DNA from: Paraspadella gotoi
Taxonomy: Eukaryota > Animalia > Chaetognatha
Assembly (NCBI GenBank): GCA_051294375.1
Contig: CM119268.1
Location: 17,947,562 to 18,011,561 of the forward strand
Direction of reading: 5' to 3'
DNA: 64,000 nucleotides
The first letter of the stretch is position 1. Each line of letters opens with the position of its first letter. The translations under genes were made by a program, and so were the position numbers. The notes under the pieces are model-generated. The model was not told the origin of the DNA and did no database searches. It saw nothing but the letters and a program-made list of their open reading frames with translations. Below are positions 12,872-26,952 of the stretch, in pieces.

Positions 12872-13860
12872 GTTTTCTTCACGTAAGCAAAAAGCGAAAC
12901 GCAATTTGTTGAAATGGGGAAAGGTTTTTTTTTCTGACGGGTAAGGTCGGGTGAGGACAGTTAGGTGAAGGGTAAGGGATATGAGTGAGTTTCTTTAGGG
13001 AGGTTTGGTTTGGGGGGATTTTTGTGTCATATAGGTTTTCTTGAAGATTTGTGTATGTCTAACAATAAACTTTACGTGGTTTTGAATCAAATTTCAAGGG
13101 TTTATTTCACAAAACGTTTTAAATTATCTACGGAAAATCATTTCGCCGCTCCGGGTTTTCCCGAGCTAAAAAAAGCCAAACGCTATAAAGATAAAGATAA
13201 GAAATTTTTATGTTTCGACTCGAGTTTTTAAAATTAGTTTAGCGATGGAGCGAGAGAGAAGAGGCGTTGCTTGGTAAGCGGAGGCATAAAGCAAGCACAG
13301 CGCCGCAACTTCTTCTCCTTTTGCGTCGCATTTTTCGCGCAGTCTCCCTCTTTATTACTTTTTTCATCGTCGCGCCTTCGGGTTGACCTTTAAAACTCTC
13401 ACTAAAAACGCGGATAAAACGTAAACAAAACGAATAAAACGACGCGAAAACTTGAATCCTAGGAAAAGAGTCGCCTTTTTTTATTTCCTTATGATTAATG
13501 TGTGATAACGAAGAGAAAGTTATATAATTTGTAATTTTATCTTCATTTTCATAAAAACAGCAGGATCATAAATTAACTTAAATTTGGAGATTTTAATGAT
13601 TATTGTTGTTATAAACTTTTTTAGCGTATAAAACAAGATATAAACAAAATAGTACATCCCTAAATCGGAAATAAATATTTCCTTTTTAACCAAAAATAAA
13701 TTTCGATGTAAAATTCAATTCAACGATCGATTAGCGGAAAAACGGTTTCCCTCTGAAGCTTAAATTTTCCCGGATAATTTACTATTCTTTTTAATTTACC
13801 ATTCTTTTTTATAAGTTTTGAATCTCCTTTTTTATTTTTTGTTTTGTTTTGGCAGCGAAG

Positions 13861-13980
<120 letters not shown>

Positions 13981-16911
13981 CTGACAGAGAGACAGAGATA
14001 CAGAGAGACAGACAGAGACAGAGCGGGACAGAGATCGCGAGAGATAATTAAAAAGTTAATAAAAGTTGGAATTAAGCCGCGAATTAATTTCCGAATAATT
14101 TGCCATTTTAATTTCTTCGCCCTGGGAACCTCGTTAAATCAATGGGAAACGTATCGTCGAATCAGCAAAGGTTTTGGCGCTAATTGATGGGATTTTTTAC
14201 AAATATAAGATGGAGAAAATGTTCTATGCTTAATTAAAACATAATCTTATCAACATTTCAATATTATTATTACTTGTAACGAACTTTCTTAGTAAATAAT
14301 ACATATAGATTCAACTTTTTAATAATTTATAACCTTTTCTCAATTGTTGAAAAAAACTTTTGAGATAAAATAATTAAGAATATTTTTGCGGATTCTTTCA
14401 TTAAAACTTATGAAAAATGTTTACAAACTTTTTTCTCAATTTTCCTGCCATATTTTCCAAGCTTTTACGCAATTTATAATATTTACGGCTTAATTAGTTT
14501 TTTTTTCTAGTTTTTTTTAGATTTTGTTTTTTAAGCTAAAAAATTCAGAAACTTCCTCTTCGGGTTATGTATTTTTTTTCCTCCGCTCGCTCGCGCGCGT
14601 AATTAATTTTGAAACCATCTTCTTCTCGCTCAAGAATTAATGAAACAAGAAAATAAATGGAGCCTTTTTGTCGTCGAGACTTAAAGGTGAGAGGAGGGAA
14701 ATTATGAGAGAAAGTTTAAGGGAAAAAAAATACTAACACTAGTCGTGAAGTATTCAAATTACTAATTTGAATATTGCTATTGTTAGATCAACCCGAGATG
14801 CTTACCGATCGCTAGTAAGCAATTAATTATTAATCATTCCTATAACTTTGTTGAAAGTATTTTAAAATTTTAGTTATGGCATGTTTCCAACACAAGTAAC
14901 CGAAATGCTGATTGCTGATTGAAACATCTTAGGTGCGCCTTGTTTAACTTTCACTATTATTGCCTCTCTATTTTAAACGTCATCATCACCACTGAGGGCC
15001 ATCTTTCTTACCTTCCTTACTTATCTTTTTCCTCACCTGTCCATAGCTCTTTTCAACCGCCCACGCTTCGTACGCTTAAGTCTCACTCATTCGTTGACCT
15101 CTTCATCAAAGCCTATAAAATAAAAAGACTGAAAGAGCGTAAGAATGAATGGTCGGATTGAACTAAAGAGTGAATGAATGGGGTGAACGAATAGAGTGAA
15201 TGAGTGACGAGCTTCCTTTCATTAAACGACGACGCATGAAAACGAGAAGAGAAGAAAAAAAAGGAGAAAGCGGTTTTAAAATTTCAAAGACGCCCCCCCC
15301 TTCGCACCTAAGGAATATAAAAAGATGGACGGGGGGGAGGCGTGGGGGGGGAGAGAAAAGGGGAGGTTGAAAGGGGAGAGAAAATAAGGGAAGAAAATAT
15401 CGTGAAAGATCCATTAAACCACAAATTGAAGCGTGAAAGAGTTTTTTTTTCTTTTCACCAATTTTTCTCGTGGAAATGGGCGCTGGAAGGCTTTCCTTCG
15501 GTATCAGGTGTCTCACCAGTTTATGCCATTAAGAAAACATCGGAATCGAATCCGAGAGACGATGAGAGAAAGACGAGGATGGGACCGATGAGAATGAGGA
15601 ATGGAGTAGATGAGAGCTGGAAGAGGAGGATGGGGGAGGGACTGAAGAGGATCGGGAGAGAAGAGAGAGAGAAGAAGAGGAGAGAGGAGAAGAGAGTAGA
15701 GAATGTTTTTACCTTAAGACGGATTTTCCAATTATGGATCGGTGCTGATCTTTCCATTTCGTCATATTAATTTTTAGATAATTATTTTTTGTTATGCGAA
15801 AGGAGGTTTACGAGTAGTGGAGGTTGTCCTTCGATTTAATATACATTACGATTCGTAATTTCCTATTGAATAATTGAGAACGATAGTTATATACAATTAT
15901 TAGGATTTTGTTTCGTCATTTTTCTTTGTTTGGTTTTCATTTTTGTTCTGTTTTCACCAGAGTCACTTATTGGCCCCAGGGGGCCAGTCTTGCCCCAACC
16001 TGCAATTCCGATATTTTTTCATCATCTTTGTCTCGAGTCGCATCAGCAGTTCCTTCCTATTTTAGACCCTGAGCAATTTTCCCGCGCGCCAACTTAGTGC
16101 CACTTTCTTTCTTCCATCTTTTCCTCTTTAACATTTCCATCGCCGGCCTCACTTCTTTTTCCTCTCGCTTTTTCCCGACCTCACCTCTCCGCTTTTTTCC
16201 CCTTTCTTTTCCTAACTCGTTCGCCTTACCATTTCGCTTCGTTTAAGCTCCTCGTGATCTGACCAATTTCTCTCTTTTTAACCTCAAACCCCTGACAATT
16301 AACCCGCTCAATATTTAGGCTAACAGAATTGACCTCAATTCTTTTTTTAAATTTTTAATAATAAGTTTAAGTGCATTAAATAGCGTGAATAAGAATATTA
16401 ATACCGAACCTAAAGACTTTCCTTCCAACCACAGCCTGAAACCCAATTCTTTCTATATTCAAATCTAACTTACCCTCACGACCGACCTCACCAAACGTAT
16501 CTCTCTCTTCTCACCCCTGGGCCTCACTCACCCATTTACCATTCTTAGTCTCACTCTCACTCTCTCGCCCCCCCCCCTAGCGGCCGATTCTCCCGATGGT
16601 TTTTCATTTTTCTTCATGAGTTTCACTTTCAGAGGACGCGATGGAAGAGGGTCCAATATTGGCGGGAGGAGGAGGAGGAGGAGGAGGAGGAGGAGGAGAG
16701 ATGATTCGAGGGAGGAAATCATAAAGATAACCGAATAACGCGGCGCAGAAAATCGCGGGCACTGTGTGAATGACGGTCAATATCGAGTAAGGTCACACCC
16801 GGTGAAATATTAGGGGGAAACAAAAGGAAAAAAAAGGAGAAAAAAGGAAAAAGAGGAGGGAATTGGAGCCAACGAAAAAAACAAAAGAGAAAGAAAGAAA
16901 AAAAGAAAGAT

Positions 16912-16982
<71 letters not shown>

Positions 16983-17202
16983 AATTAAAGAAAATAAAGA
17001 GAATAAAGGAAAGAGAGAGAATAAGAGAGAAAGAGAGAAATATTTTTCCCTCGTCATTTCATGATTAATATGTAGATGGCGGACGTAGGGAAGTATAATG
17101 GATGGAGAAAAACAAGTAAGACTAACCTCGTGGGAGATAAAAAAAATTATTATGAAGTCAGATGAAAACAAAGGAAATCGATATATGAATAGAAGAAGTA
17201 AG

Positions 17203-17290
<88 letters not shown>

Positions 17291-18171
17291 TTTGATTAAA
17301 AGTTGTGTATTATCTTTCGATTCGTTGTGATTGAGTCGTAAACAAAATTTTTATTTGGGTGATAACAACGACAACATTTATTTTTTCATGAACATGTTTC
17401 GACATGTTTCGTCAGAGCAATTGAGATGTTAATGGGAGTGAAAATTTTAATTTCATTACAACCGCGTGGAAAAAAAACATGTCTTTTTGATACTACGGAG
17501 AATAGTTGAATTAAAAAAAACAAAAACAAAAAAACAACAAAAAAACAACAAAAAAACTAAAAAGACAATGGGCAACGAAAAAAGAAAAGGAGCTTCTGCC
17601 TCCTCCTCGAGATGATGCCCCATAACGCCAACCACGAAAGTGACGTTTAATCATGCAACGTCGACCGAGGGGCCAATCTTCTCGGGGGAAAATAACGTGG
17701 GCGGTAAGTAAGGAAGTTTTAGGGTAGTGAAAAGGGGTAAGGGAAAGGAAGAGGAAGAATGAGAAGGGGAGAGAAGGGAAAAAAATGAAAAGGAAGAGAG
17801 AGAAGGATGATGATAAAGGATGGAATGAAAAGGGAAAAGAATGAATAAGGAAACTAACTAAAGAAGAGGCGAGGTAAGAATTGATATGGAGGAAGACGAG
17901 GAAAGGAAAGTAAGGGAATATGAAAGAAACTATAATATAATAATAATATATTGTATTTTGATGCTAGTGCGGAGTACAATAAGTATTCCCCGATCTAATA
18001 CTTAAGGGAGTGGTCTTTTCATACAATTGAAACATTCTTTGAAATATTATACCACTTCATTGATAGGGAAGCCAGGTACTCTGGGAGTGAATAAACGAGA
18101 CTGTGAGAGAGTCTTGATTGAAAGCTTGCAGTGACCTGCTATGTCATTATCTTGTAAGAGTGATGGAGGCC

Positions 18172-18263
18172 TTAAACCACCAAAGCCTGTCCAAAGTCAG
18201 GGGCAAGATAGCTTATTTATTAAATGAATGGATAATTTTTATATTGGTTGTACCAATTTCATA
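18172..18263 (+). mobile_element. Copy of the dispersed element; may extend 5' to ~17950
   Basis: Aligns to 10779-10870 and 28264-28325(rc). All three copies end at CAATTTCATA. Confidence 0.75.
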
Positions 18264-18597
18264 CACTATAATATTAATGAAGGAAAATACAAAAAAAATG
18301 AGGGAAAGTATTTTGATGAAGAATGAATTAGAATTAAAATTAGTAATCAAATTAAAAATACGAAAAAGAGGGAAAGAAAGAGAGAGTTTGAGAGAGAAAC
18401 ATAAACATCAAGATAACATTTTTGTAAGCATAAGGGGGTGAGGGAAATAAATTTGCTTATAATTGACAGAGATTTTAAAAAAAGAAATAAGAAAGAAAGA
18501 GAGAGAGAGTGATTTATCGAAAATCTTGTAGCAAAAAAAAAACTGCAAAGCACAAAACGGAGAAAGATAAATCAAAATCATGTGGCACAGAAGGACA

Positions 18598-18675
<78 letters not shown>

Positions 18676-18680
18676 AGAGA

Positions 18681-19383
18681 GAAAGTTATGAGAGAACGGC
18701 TAATTGAAAGAAGCGAGGGAGACCTCCGCTGGAAGAGATAAAAAAAGACGTTTTAACAATATGGAGGAGAAATATTTCCCGCTTTATTAAATTAGTAACC
18801 TATTCGCAAAATGTTTCAGTTCTAGTCAAAAATTGGTAGGGCATAAGGAGCAGAATATGCGTCCTACAGTTATTTAATCAATCAATAAATCAATAAGCTA
18901 ATTTTAGGTACAATCATTTGTGATAATTTTTGTTTTACTTTTATTCTTTAACAATTGAAAGATTTTGTGACCTCGCGTCCGGTCATATTTCCCTGGTTAT
19001 CTTAGTTGATCTTCTTTGACAAGTTATTCATTCACATCGTATTTTACATATTTTTAGTGCGAAATTCAGTTTGGGGGAGACTTATTGAAATCGAGTACAA
19101 TTTACTGTTCCTTGCAAATATACGCGCTATTATTCTTTGCTTTTTAGCTTTAGAATATTCATTAATGCCAGTTACATTCTAATAATTTTAGAGTCGAAAG
19201 ACGTAAAGTCACATTTCCCCGTACAACGCACGCAGATTGATAGATTTATATTCTTGGTATACATCGTATGCAGCAAGAGTTCGTCGGCAAGTTAGGGAGT
19301 ATCATTCTGCTTTGCCGTAGACGACGCTATGAGTTGGGTTCGTGATTATTTTATCATGTCGGAAGTGAGTGGGAGAGAGTGTT

Positions 19384-19480
<97 letters not shown>

Positions 19481-19920
19481 AGGTAGGAACGCGACACGGC
19501 GACAGCCACACGAGATGAAAGATTGAAAAAGGTGAGGTTTCTTCTCACTTTATTAAAATTGTAGGAAAGTCGAGAGACGAAAGAGGAAAACACTTTTTTT
19601 TTCACCAAAATCCTTGGATTTCTGAGGCGACGAGAGGCGACTGAAAAAGAAACTTTTAGGTCGGTCGATTTATCTGATTGAATTAGTACATTAGTATATT
19701 TGTACCAAAAAAATTAAATTAAAGAATAACAAAATTATTATCTAAAAAAAAATTAACAATATTTTTTTAAAAACTATGCCAAACAATAATTTAAAATATT
19801 GTTTCCTTATTTTTTTTAAACGTCCCGACTAAGTGCTAGATAAGGTTTTGGTTTATTATAATTGTTTTTGTTTCTGCGGAATAGTTTTCTTTTAAAACTT
19901 CGAGCCAGCCCTTGATTTTT
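18681..19920 (+). repeat. ~1.24-kb segment duplicated directly at 23256-24492
   Basis: Near-identical from gaaagttatgagagaacggc to cgagccagcccttgatttt, differing by scattered single-base indels. Confidence 0.95.
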
Positions 19921-20048
19921 AGTCGGTTGCTACGCAGTCCTCGCTTTCTCACTTTTACTCGCCGTCGGTCCGCCCCCTCAATATTGTCGGGCACACACTT
20001 ATATCATGTCAGAACATCGAATTATGATAAATTATGCAAAAAAAATGA

Positions 20049-21760
20049 TGTCCGTCCGTCCGTCTGTCTGTCCGTCCGTCCGTCCGTCCGTCCGTCCGTC
20101 CGTCCGTCCGTCCCGTCCGTCCGTCCGTCCGTCCGTCCGTCCGTCCACCTTAGCAAAAAAACTCCAATTACCCGTGATTGGATGGATGGATTGGTATGAA
20201 ATTTTGTGTGTGGGTAGGAAACTGTGTGATTGAGATGGATATGAAGTTTCGAGGGAATCGTGCGAGTGGAAATTGGTTTAAATGGAAAAAACAAAAAAAT
20301 ATATTTCACTATTTGAACGCCAATTGCTCATGAGTGGATAGTGCAATTGACTTGAAATTTTGTATGATGGTAGGAAAGTGTGTGATTGAGCCGGATATAA
20401 AGTTTCGATGGAATCGTGCGAGTGGAAATGAGTTAAAATGGAAAAAACAAAAGTCATATTTACTTGAAGTATTTTTACTTAAATTTACTCATAATTATTT
20501 TGTTTATTAAAAATTGGATAGATAAATCGAAATTGAATTTTGTGTGTGGGTAGGAAAGTATGTGATAAGCTGGATAAAAATTTTTTGATGGAATCGTAGG
20601 AGTGGAAAAGAGTTCAAATTAGAAAACCAAAAGACACATTTATTTGAATTTTTAAAGTTTCTCTCTCTCTCTCTCTGATTGATTGATTGATTGACCAATT
20701 ATGCTAATTGACCAAATTATGCCAGTTGGACCAAATTCTGCAAGTTAATCAGTTTTGCAAGTTGACCAAATTATGCCTGTTGACCAAATTAGGCTAGTTG
20801 ATAAAATTATGCCAGTTAACCAAATTATGCGGTTGACCAAATTATCTTAATTGATCAAATTATGTCAGTGACCAAATTATGTCAGTTGACCAAATTATGT
20901 CAGTAGACCAATTATGTCAGTTAACCAAATTATGTCAGTTGACCAAATTATGCAAGTTGATTAAATTATGCAAGTTGACCAAGATAGCTTATTACACTTA
21001 ATTATCGATTGACCTGGAATTTTGTATGTGAGTAGAAAAGTGTGTGATTGAACAGGAAACCAAGTTTCGATGGAATCTTTTGAGTGGAATGAGTTTAAAT
21101 GGAAAAAAACAAAAAACCTGTTTCACTAATTGATTATGCTTCTTTTTCCTTTTATATTAAATGTATATGCAGGATGTATTAATAAGTCAAATAATTAATC
21201 AGTTAATTAATCAATTAGTCAATTAATTAATCAATAATTAATTAATCAGTCAATCAATCCGTCCATCCGTCCCACCTTAGCAAAAAGCTCTAATAACTCG
21301 TGATTGGCTGGTTGGATTGAAATGAAATTTTGTGTGTGGGTAGGAAAGTGTGTGATAAAGCTGGATATAAAGTTTCGACGGAATCGTGTGAGTGGAAATG
21401 AGTTTAAGTGGAAAAAACATAAGTCGCATTTACTAAAATCTTTTTACTTATTTTAACCAATAAGTGCTCTAATTAATCATAATTGGATGATAGATTGAGT
21501 TCAAATTTTTTGTGTGGGTAGAAAAATGTGTATCGATGCTTGATATAAAGTTTCGGAGGAAACGTACGAGTGGAAATGAGTTTAAATGAAAAAAATTATG
21601 AGTCACATTTACTTGAATCTTTTTACTTATTTAACCCATAATAGATTGAGATGAAATTTTGTGAACGGGTAGGAAAGCGTGTGAAAAGGCTAGATATAAA
21701 GTTTTTGACGGAATTGTGCCAGTGGAAATGAGTTTAAATGGAAAAAACCTAAGTCACATT
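20049..21760 (+). mobile_element. Helentron/DINE-1(HINE)-like non-autonomous repeat block: (GTCC/GTCT)n followed by tandem ~150-180-bp core repeats
   Basis: (CGTC)n + CACCTTAGCAAAAA occurs twice (~20050 and ~21258). Seven copies of aattttgtgtgtgggtaggaaagtgtgtgat...gtggaaatgagtttaaatggaaaaa lie at ~20200, 20355, 20536, 21018, 21325, 21503 and 21654. A (GTCY)n tract followed by tandem repeats is typical of DINE-1/HINE elements. Termini are not resolved. Confidence 0.5.
20691..20982 (+). repeat. 18-bp minisatellite (CAGTTGACCAAATTATGT), ~16 copies
   Basis: Directly visible, nested in the HINE-like block. Confidence 0.92.
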
Positions 21761-21785
21761 NNNNNNNNNNNNNNNNNNNNNNNNN

Positions 21786-22099
21786 TTGAATTTATCTTTC
21801 TCCGTTTTGTGCTTTCAGTTTTTTTTTGCTACAAGATTTTCGATAAATCACTCTCTCTCTCTTTCTTTCTTATTTCTTTTTTTAAAATCTCTGTCAATTA
21901 TAAGCAAATTTTATTTCCCTCACCCCCTTATGCTTACAAAAATGTTATCTTGATGTTTATGTTTCTCTCTCAAACTCTCTCTTTCTTTCCCTCTTTTTCG
22001 TATTTTTAATTTGATTAATAATTTTAATTCTAAATTCATTCTTCATCAAAAATACTTTCCCTCATTTTTTTTGTATTTTCCTTCATTAATATTATAGTG
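21786..22099 (-). repeat. Inverted copy of 18264-18575 immediately after a 25-N gap
   Basis: Reverse complement match across ~310 bp, e.g. ccctcacccccttatgcttacaaaaatg vs catttttgtaagcataagggggtgaggg. Confidence 0.92.
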
Positions 22100-22924
22100 G
22101 TATATTAGACTCACACCAAGATAAAAAAATTGTCTCCCAAGTTCTCACTCGGTTCGCGTTTCCCGTTATTTATCAATATTAAAATAAGTTTTAACTCAAA
22201 TCTGAAAAAAAAAATGTGACCGCGTATCAACCCAATGAAGCGTCAAAGTCAATTAGCGCAATTCCTCGTGTTGCTAAATTTTTTTTTTTCTAAAAAAAAA
22301 ATCTTCTAATTTTTTCCTTATTGTTTAATTTTTTATTTAAATAATTTGCTACCAATGATTTAAACTAAATTAATTATTTGTTAAAGTATATTTTTTTAAA
22401 AAAACAGGGCATTCTGTATAAACCGGAAAGTAAAGGTAAAAATTAACCGGAGGTTAAAAAGGAAAAATACCGGAAGTAGTATTAAAATTAACCTTTCTTA
22501 GAAAAGGTATAGTTTTAGGACACAAGGCAATTAAAAGATATAAACTTAACATTTGAAAAGAGCTTTAGCCTACAATACAGAGAGTAGAGATACATGTACA
22601 GTATATATATATATACAATATATATAATACATATAATATATAAATATATAATATATTATTAAGTGTAAGAATAACATAAGAATTATGTTTAGAGCAAAAC
22701 AAATTTTTATTGTTTTACAAAAAACAACAATTTGGACGTTAAATGGACATGGTTAAAAAAAAAAAATATAGACTCTTGGTTTTTATTATTAAATTCGTAT
22801 TTCTGCCGCTTAGGAAGTATCTGATTAAGTATTTTAAATGGTAAGATCGCCGGATTGGTCAGTCCTTTTTCACTGTCTTACCCAAAGTTATAAAAAGAGA
22901 CGTTACTTACCTAAAGTATCGAAT

Positions 22925-23205
22925 GCGCACGTGAGGAAAAAGTTCGTTTTTCCCGTTTTCTTAGAAACTGGAAGAAAAAAAAAATATTGAAAAATGATGA
23001 AGAGAGTTTACATTAAAGGAAAGGGGCGGTGGAGGGCGGGAGGGAGACTGGGGGGGGGAACTCGAGGTTTTTCATTTTATTTTTCTTCATATAAGTTGAA
23101 AGTTTGAACAGAAAGCTGAAGAATGAATCCCCAGAAGATACAGAAACTTTGAATTTTTCCTTGTTTTTCTCGTCAGGGGAAGGATTTATTTTTTTTTCTC
23201 ATTGA
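22925..23205 (+). repeat. ~280-bp segment also present at 55663-55935; both copies are followed by (GA)n
   Basis: Shared cgcacgtg..aggaaaag..cttagaaactggaagaaaaa..gaaactttgaatttt..aaggatt; indel-rich divergence. Confidence 0.85.
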
Positions 23206-23255
23206 GAGAGAGAGAGAGAGAGAGAGAGGAGGAGAGAGAGAGAGAGAGAGAGAGA

Positions 23256-23955
23256 GAAAGTTATGAGAGAACGGCTAATTGAAAGAAGCGAGGGAGACCT
23301 CCGCTGGAAGAGATAAAAAAAGACGTTTTAACAATATGGAGGAGAAATATTTCCGCTTTATTAAATTAGTAACCTACTCGCAAAATGTTTCAGTTCTAGT
23401 CAAAAATTGGTAGGGCATAAGGAGCAGAATATGCGTCCTACAGTTATTTAATCAATCAATAAATCAATAAGCTAATTTTAGGTACAATCATTTGTGATAA
23501 TTTTTGTTTTACTTTTATTCTTTAACAATTGAAAGATTTTGTGACCTCGCGTCCGGTCATATTTCCCTGGTTATCTTAGTTGATCTTCTTTGACAAGTTA
23601 TTCATTCACATCGTATTTTACATATTTTTAGTGCGAAATTCAAGTTTGGGGGAGACTTATTGAAATCGAGTACAATTTACTGTTCCTTGCAAATATACGC
23701 GCTATTATTCTTTGCTTTTTAGCTTTAGAATATTCATAATGCCAGTGACATTCTAATAATTTTAGAGTCGAAAGACGTAAAGTCACATTTCCCCGTACAA
23801 CGCACGCAGATTGATAGATTTATATTCTTGGTATACATCGTATGCAGCAAGAGTCGTCGGCAAGTTAGGGAGTATCATTCTGCTTTGCCGTAGACGACGC
23901 TATGAGTTGGGTTCGTGATTATTTTATCATGTCGGAAGTGAGTGGGAGAGAGTGT

Positions 23956-24053
<98 letters not shown>

Positions 24054-24492
24054 GTAGGAACGCGACACGGCGACAGCCACACGAGATGAAAGATTGAAAA
24101 AGGTGAGGTTTCTTCTCACTTTATTAAAATTGTAGGAAAGTCGAGAGACGAAAGAGGAAAACACTTTTTTTTTCACCAAAATCCTTGGATTTTCTGAGGC
24201 GACGAGAGGCGACTGAAAAAGAAACTTTTAGGTCGGTCGATTTATCTGATTGAATTAGTACATTAGTATATTTGTACCAAAAAAATTAAATGTAAAGAAT
24301 AACAAAATTATTATCTAAAAAAAATTAACAATATTTTTTTAAAACTATGCCAAACAATAATTTAAAATATTGTTTCCTTATTTTTTTTTTAAACGTCCCG
24401 ACTAAGTGCTAGATAAGGTTTTGGTTTATTATAATTTGTTTTTGTTTCTGCGGAATAGTTTTCTTTTAAACTTCGAGCCAGCCCTTGATTTT
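23256..24492 (+). repeat. Second copy of the 1.24-kb duplication
   Basis: See 18681-19920. Confidence 0.95.
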
Positions 24493-26235
24493 TTCTTAAC
24501 GTTTAAAACGAGTCGCTCGCTTTGGTTCCTGCGCTGATTATTACTCGCCGTCGTACACCTGGTACCACCAGGCGACGAGGTCGTTTGGTTACGGTGAGAG
24601 AAGATGTCTAGACTGTCTAGTGTAACACCATGAAACTTAAAGAAGTGGATAAAAAAAAACTGTAAAAAACTGGAAAAACGGAATATTAGTGAAAATGTAT
24701 CCGAAAGAAATTATGAGTAGAAGCGAAAAAAAAACTATAAAGAGGTGTGTTTAAGAAAAAAAAGCCTTAAAAGTTAAAACAAAATAAAAAAATGAATAAG
24801 ATTAATTTAAAAAAAATAGAACAAAAGATTTGAAAGGTAAGATTTAAATTGTAATTTAAACGAATTTTAGAGCTGAGGTATGTTTTAGTAAATCGTTAAA
24901 GAAAGGAAGAAGAACCAAAAAACCGAAACAAAAAAAGGGATAAAAAAAGAAAGGAAAGGATTATAGCGTCGCTCCTCGATATAAAAAATACGATAGCATT
25001 TACGATAAAAGGCGTCAGTTTTTCCCCGCTAATGGAAAGAAAAGCCTTTTGAAAATTTTACCAGCGCCGCCAAAAAGAAAAAAATATTGAAACTTAAACC
25101 GCCTAAAGTTGCGCAACTTAAGTAACTCGGTGGCTCGAGGTTTAATTTAAGAAAAAATAAAGAAGAAGGAAGGAAAAAGAAGTTATTGGCGAAGTCAACG
25201 ACGACTCACGACGCCGTTACGCAAACGGGTCTCCCTTTTTAAATCATTACTTTTTTTTTCCTCGGTAAAACTGAAAGCGACGACGACGACGACGATGATG
25301 ACGACGACGACAACGACGACGACGCCGACGATACACATAAGAGCGCGAGAAAAAAAAATGGCGCTCGATTTACTGAATAACTGCGGCAGTTTGTTTTACG
25401 TCGGGAAAACCCAATTACTACCGACATATTATTGTTCTTTTTTTTTTCTCATGAAAGAGACCTCAGTCTTTCCCATCCTGACAACCCTAGACAAGAAATA
25501 ATTGGTTACTGCCTCCTCTTCTTTTTCTTTTTGTTGTTTAGATGAAAGTACGAAAAACACTGGTTCCCTTTTCTCTCTCTGTCTTGCAAATATAAAGACA
25601 CTTTTCCTCATCTGAAGAAGAGAAAGTTAAAAGCGGTATTCATCTTTCATCTCTCTTTCTTAAATCCAAAACGAAAAAAAGACGTCGACCAAAAAAACTT
25701 TCCTTTTAAGGCTAAAATCTTTAAACGAAATTTGAAAATGTGATAAAAAGTATAAATAATATTTAAATAATATAAAAAAAGCATAAATATTTAAATTTTA
25801 GTCGTCGATCTTGTTTATCCCGCTTTGCATCCTTCCATTTTCATCACCTCATATGAATTTTTTTTTCCTCCGTTTTTTTTATTAGCGATTCTTGTTGGGA
25901 ATTTTTAATAACAATTCACTACAACTTGATTATATTTTTGCTTTGTTTCTTCCATTTTTTTGTCTTTCTTTTTTTCTTTCTTTCTATCTTTCTATCTTTC
26001 TATCTTTTTTTCTTTCTTTCTCGTACCCTCTTTATGCCAATGCTTTTCATTCTCGCCTTTCATTTTCTCGTTTTTCTTATCTGCGACAACACGCCCCTCT
26101 CTCCCCCACACCGTCTATCTCCACAAAACCACACATCTCTCTCCCCCACACCGTCTATCTCCACACTCTCTCTCATACCCACACTCTCCTCCACTTCTCT
26201 TATTTTCTCCCCAAAGAGAGAGGATTACATTCTTA

Positions 26236-26378
26236 ATCCTTTGAACAGTAAAAAAAGACCTCAGGCGAAATCATTGATGTATATTAAATTTACTTCTCTA
26301 CTCACGGACGAGTGGTCAACAATAATCGATCTGTAATATGCATTAGTTCATTCTCTCTCTCTCTCTCTCTCTCGTCTT

Positions 26379-26427
<49 letters not shown>

Positions 26428-26865
26428 CTCTCTCTCTCACACATCCATTTGAATAATCATCCGCGTATTCACCATTGATTCTTGCCGACGTCGATTCACA
26501 ATATCTGAGTCTCTCTCTGCCCTTCTCTCGATTACTTTCCAAATACACGTTTCGTTCTCTTTAACGATACTCATTTAAAATCATTCGTCCCCTCTTGCCA
26601 CCCACCCCCAAAAAAAGACGACATTTTCCCGAACACCTTCAACACCCCGCAGAGACTCTCCCGCTATCCCCTCCAGAATCCCCTTTTCCCTTCGGTCTCT
26701 CATTCATATTTCAGAATTTTGAAACTGTGGCGAAAATTTTTTCGTCGTCGGAGGCGGCTGCGGCGGCGGCGGCGGCTGCGGCGGCGGCGGCCTCGGAGGC
26801 GAAGCCGGCTTCGGTCGGGTAAGGCGCGAGCAGAGCCGGCCCCGGAGAGCAGCGGTTTTGGGGCG

Positions 26866-26952
<87 letters not shown>

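Noticed and set aside
16653-16662. CArG box CCAATATTGG
   Set aside because: A single 10-mer with no supporting context; expected by chance in 64 kb.
17383-17420. Minus-strand hammerhead-like CTGACGA-AACATGTC-GAAACATGTT
   Set aside because: Core words are present, but helix II cannot close and there is no helix I complement. It is better explained as a tandem GAAACATGT duplication.
19916-19970. Clean Helentron insertion at a T-run versus an empty site at 24490
   Set aside because: Noisy homology (ctcgcttt, ttactcgccgtcg) continues past the T-run in both copies, so the junction is not a clean insertion point.
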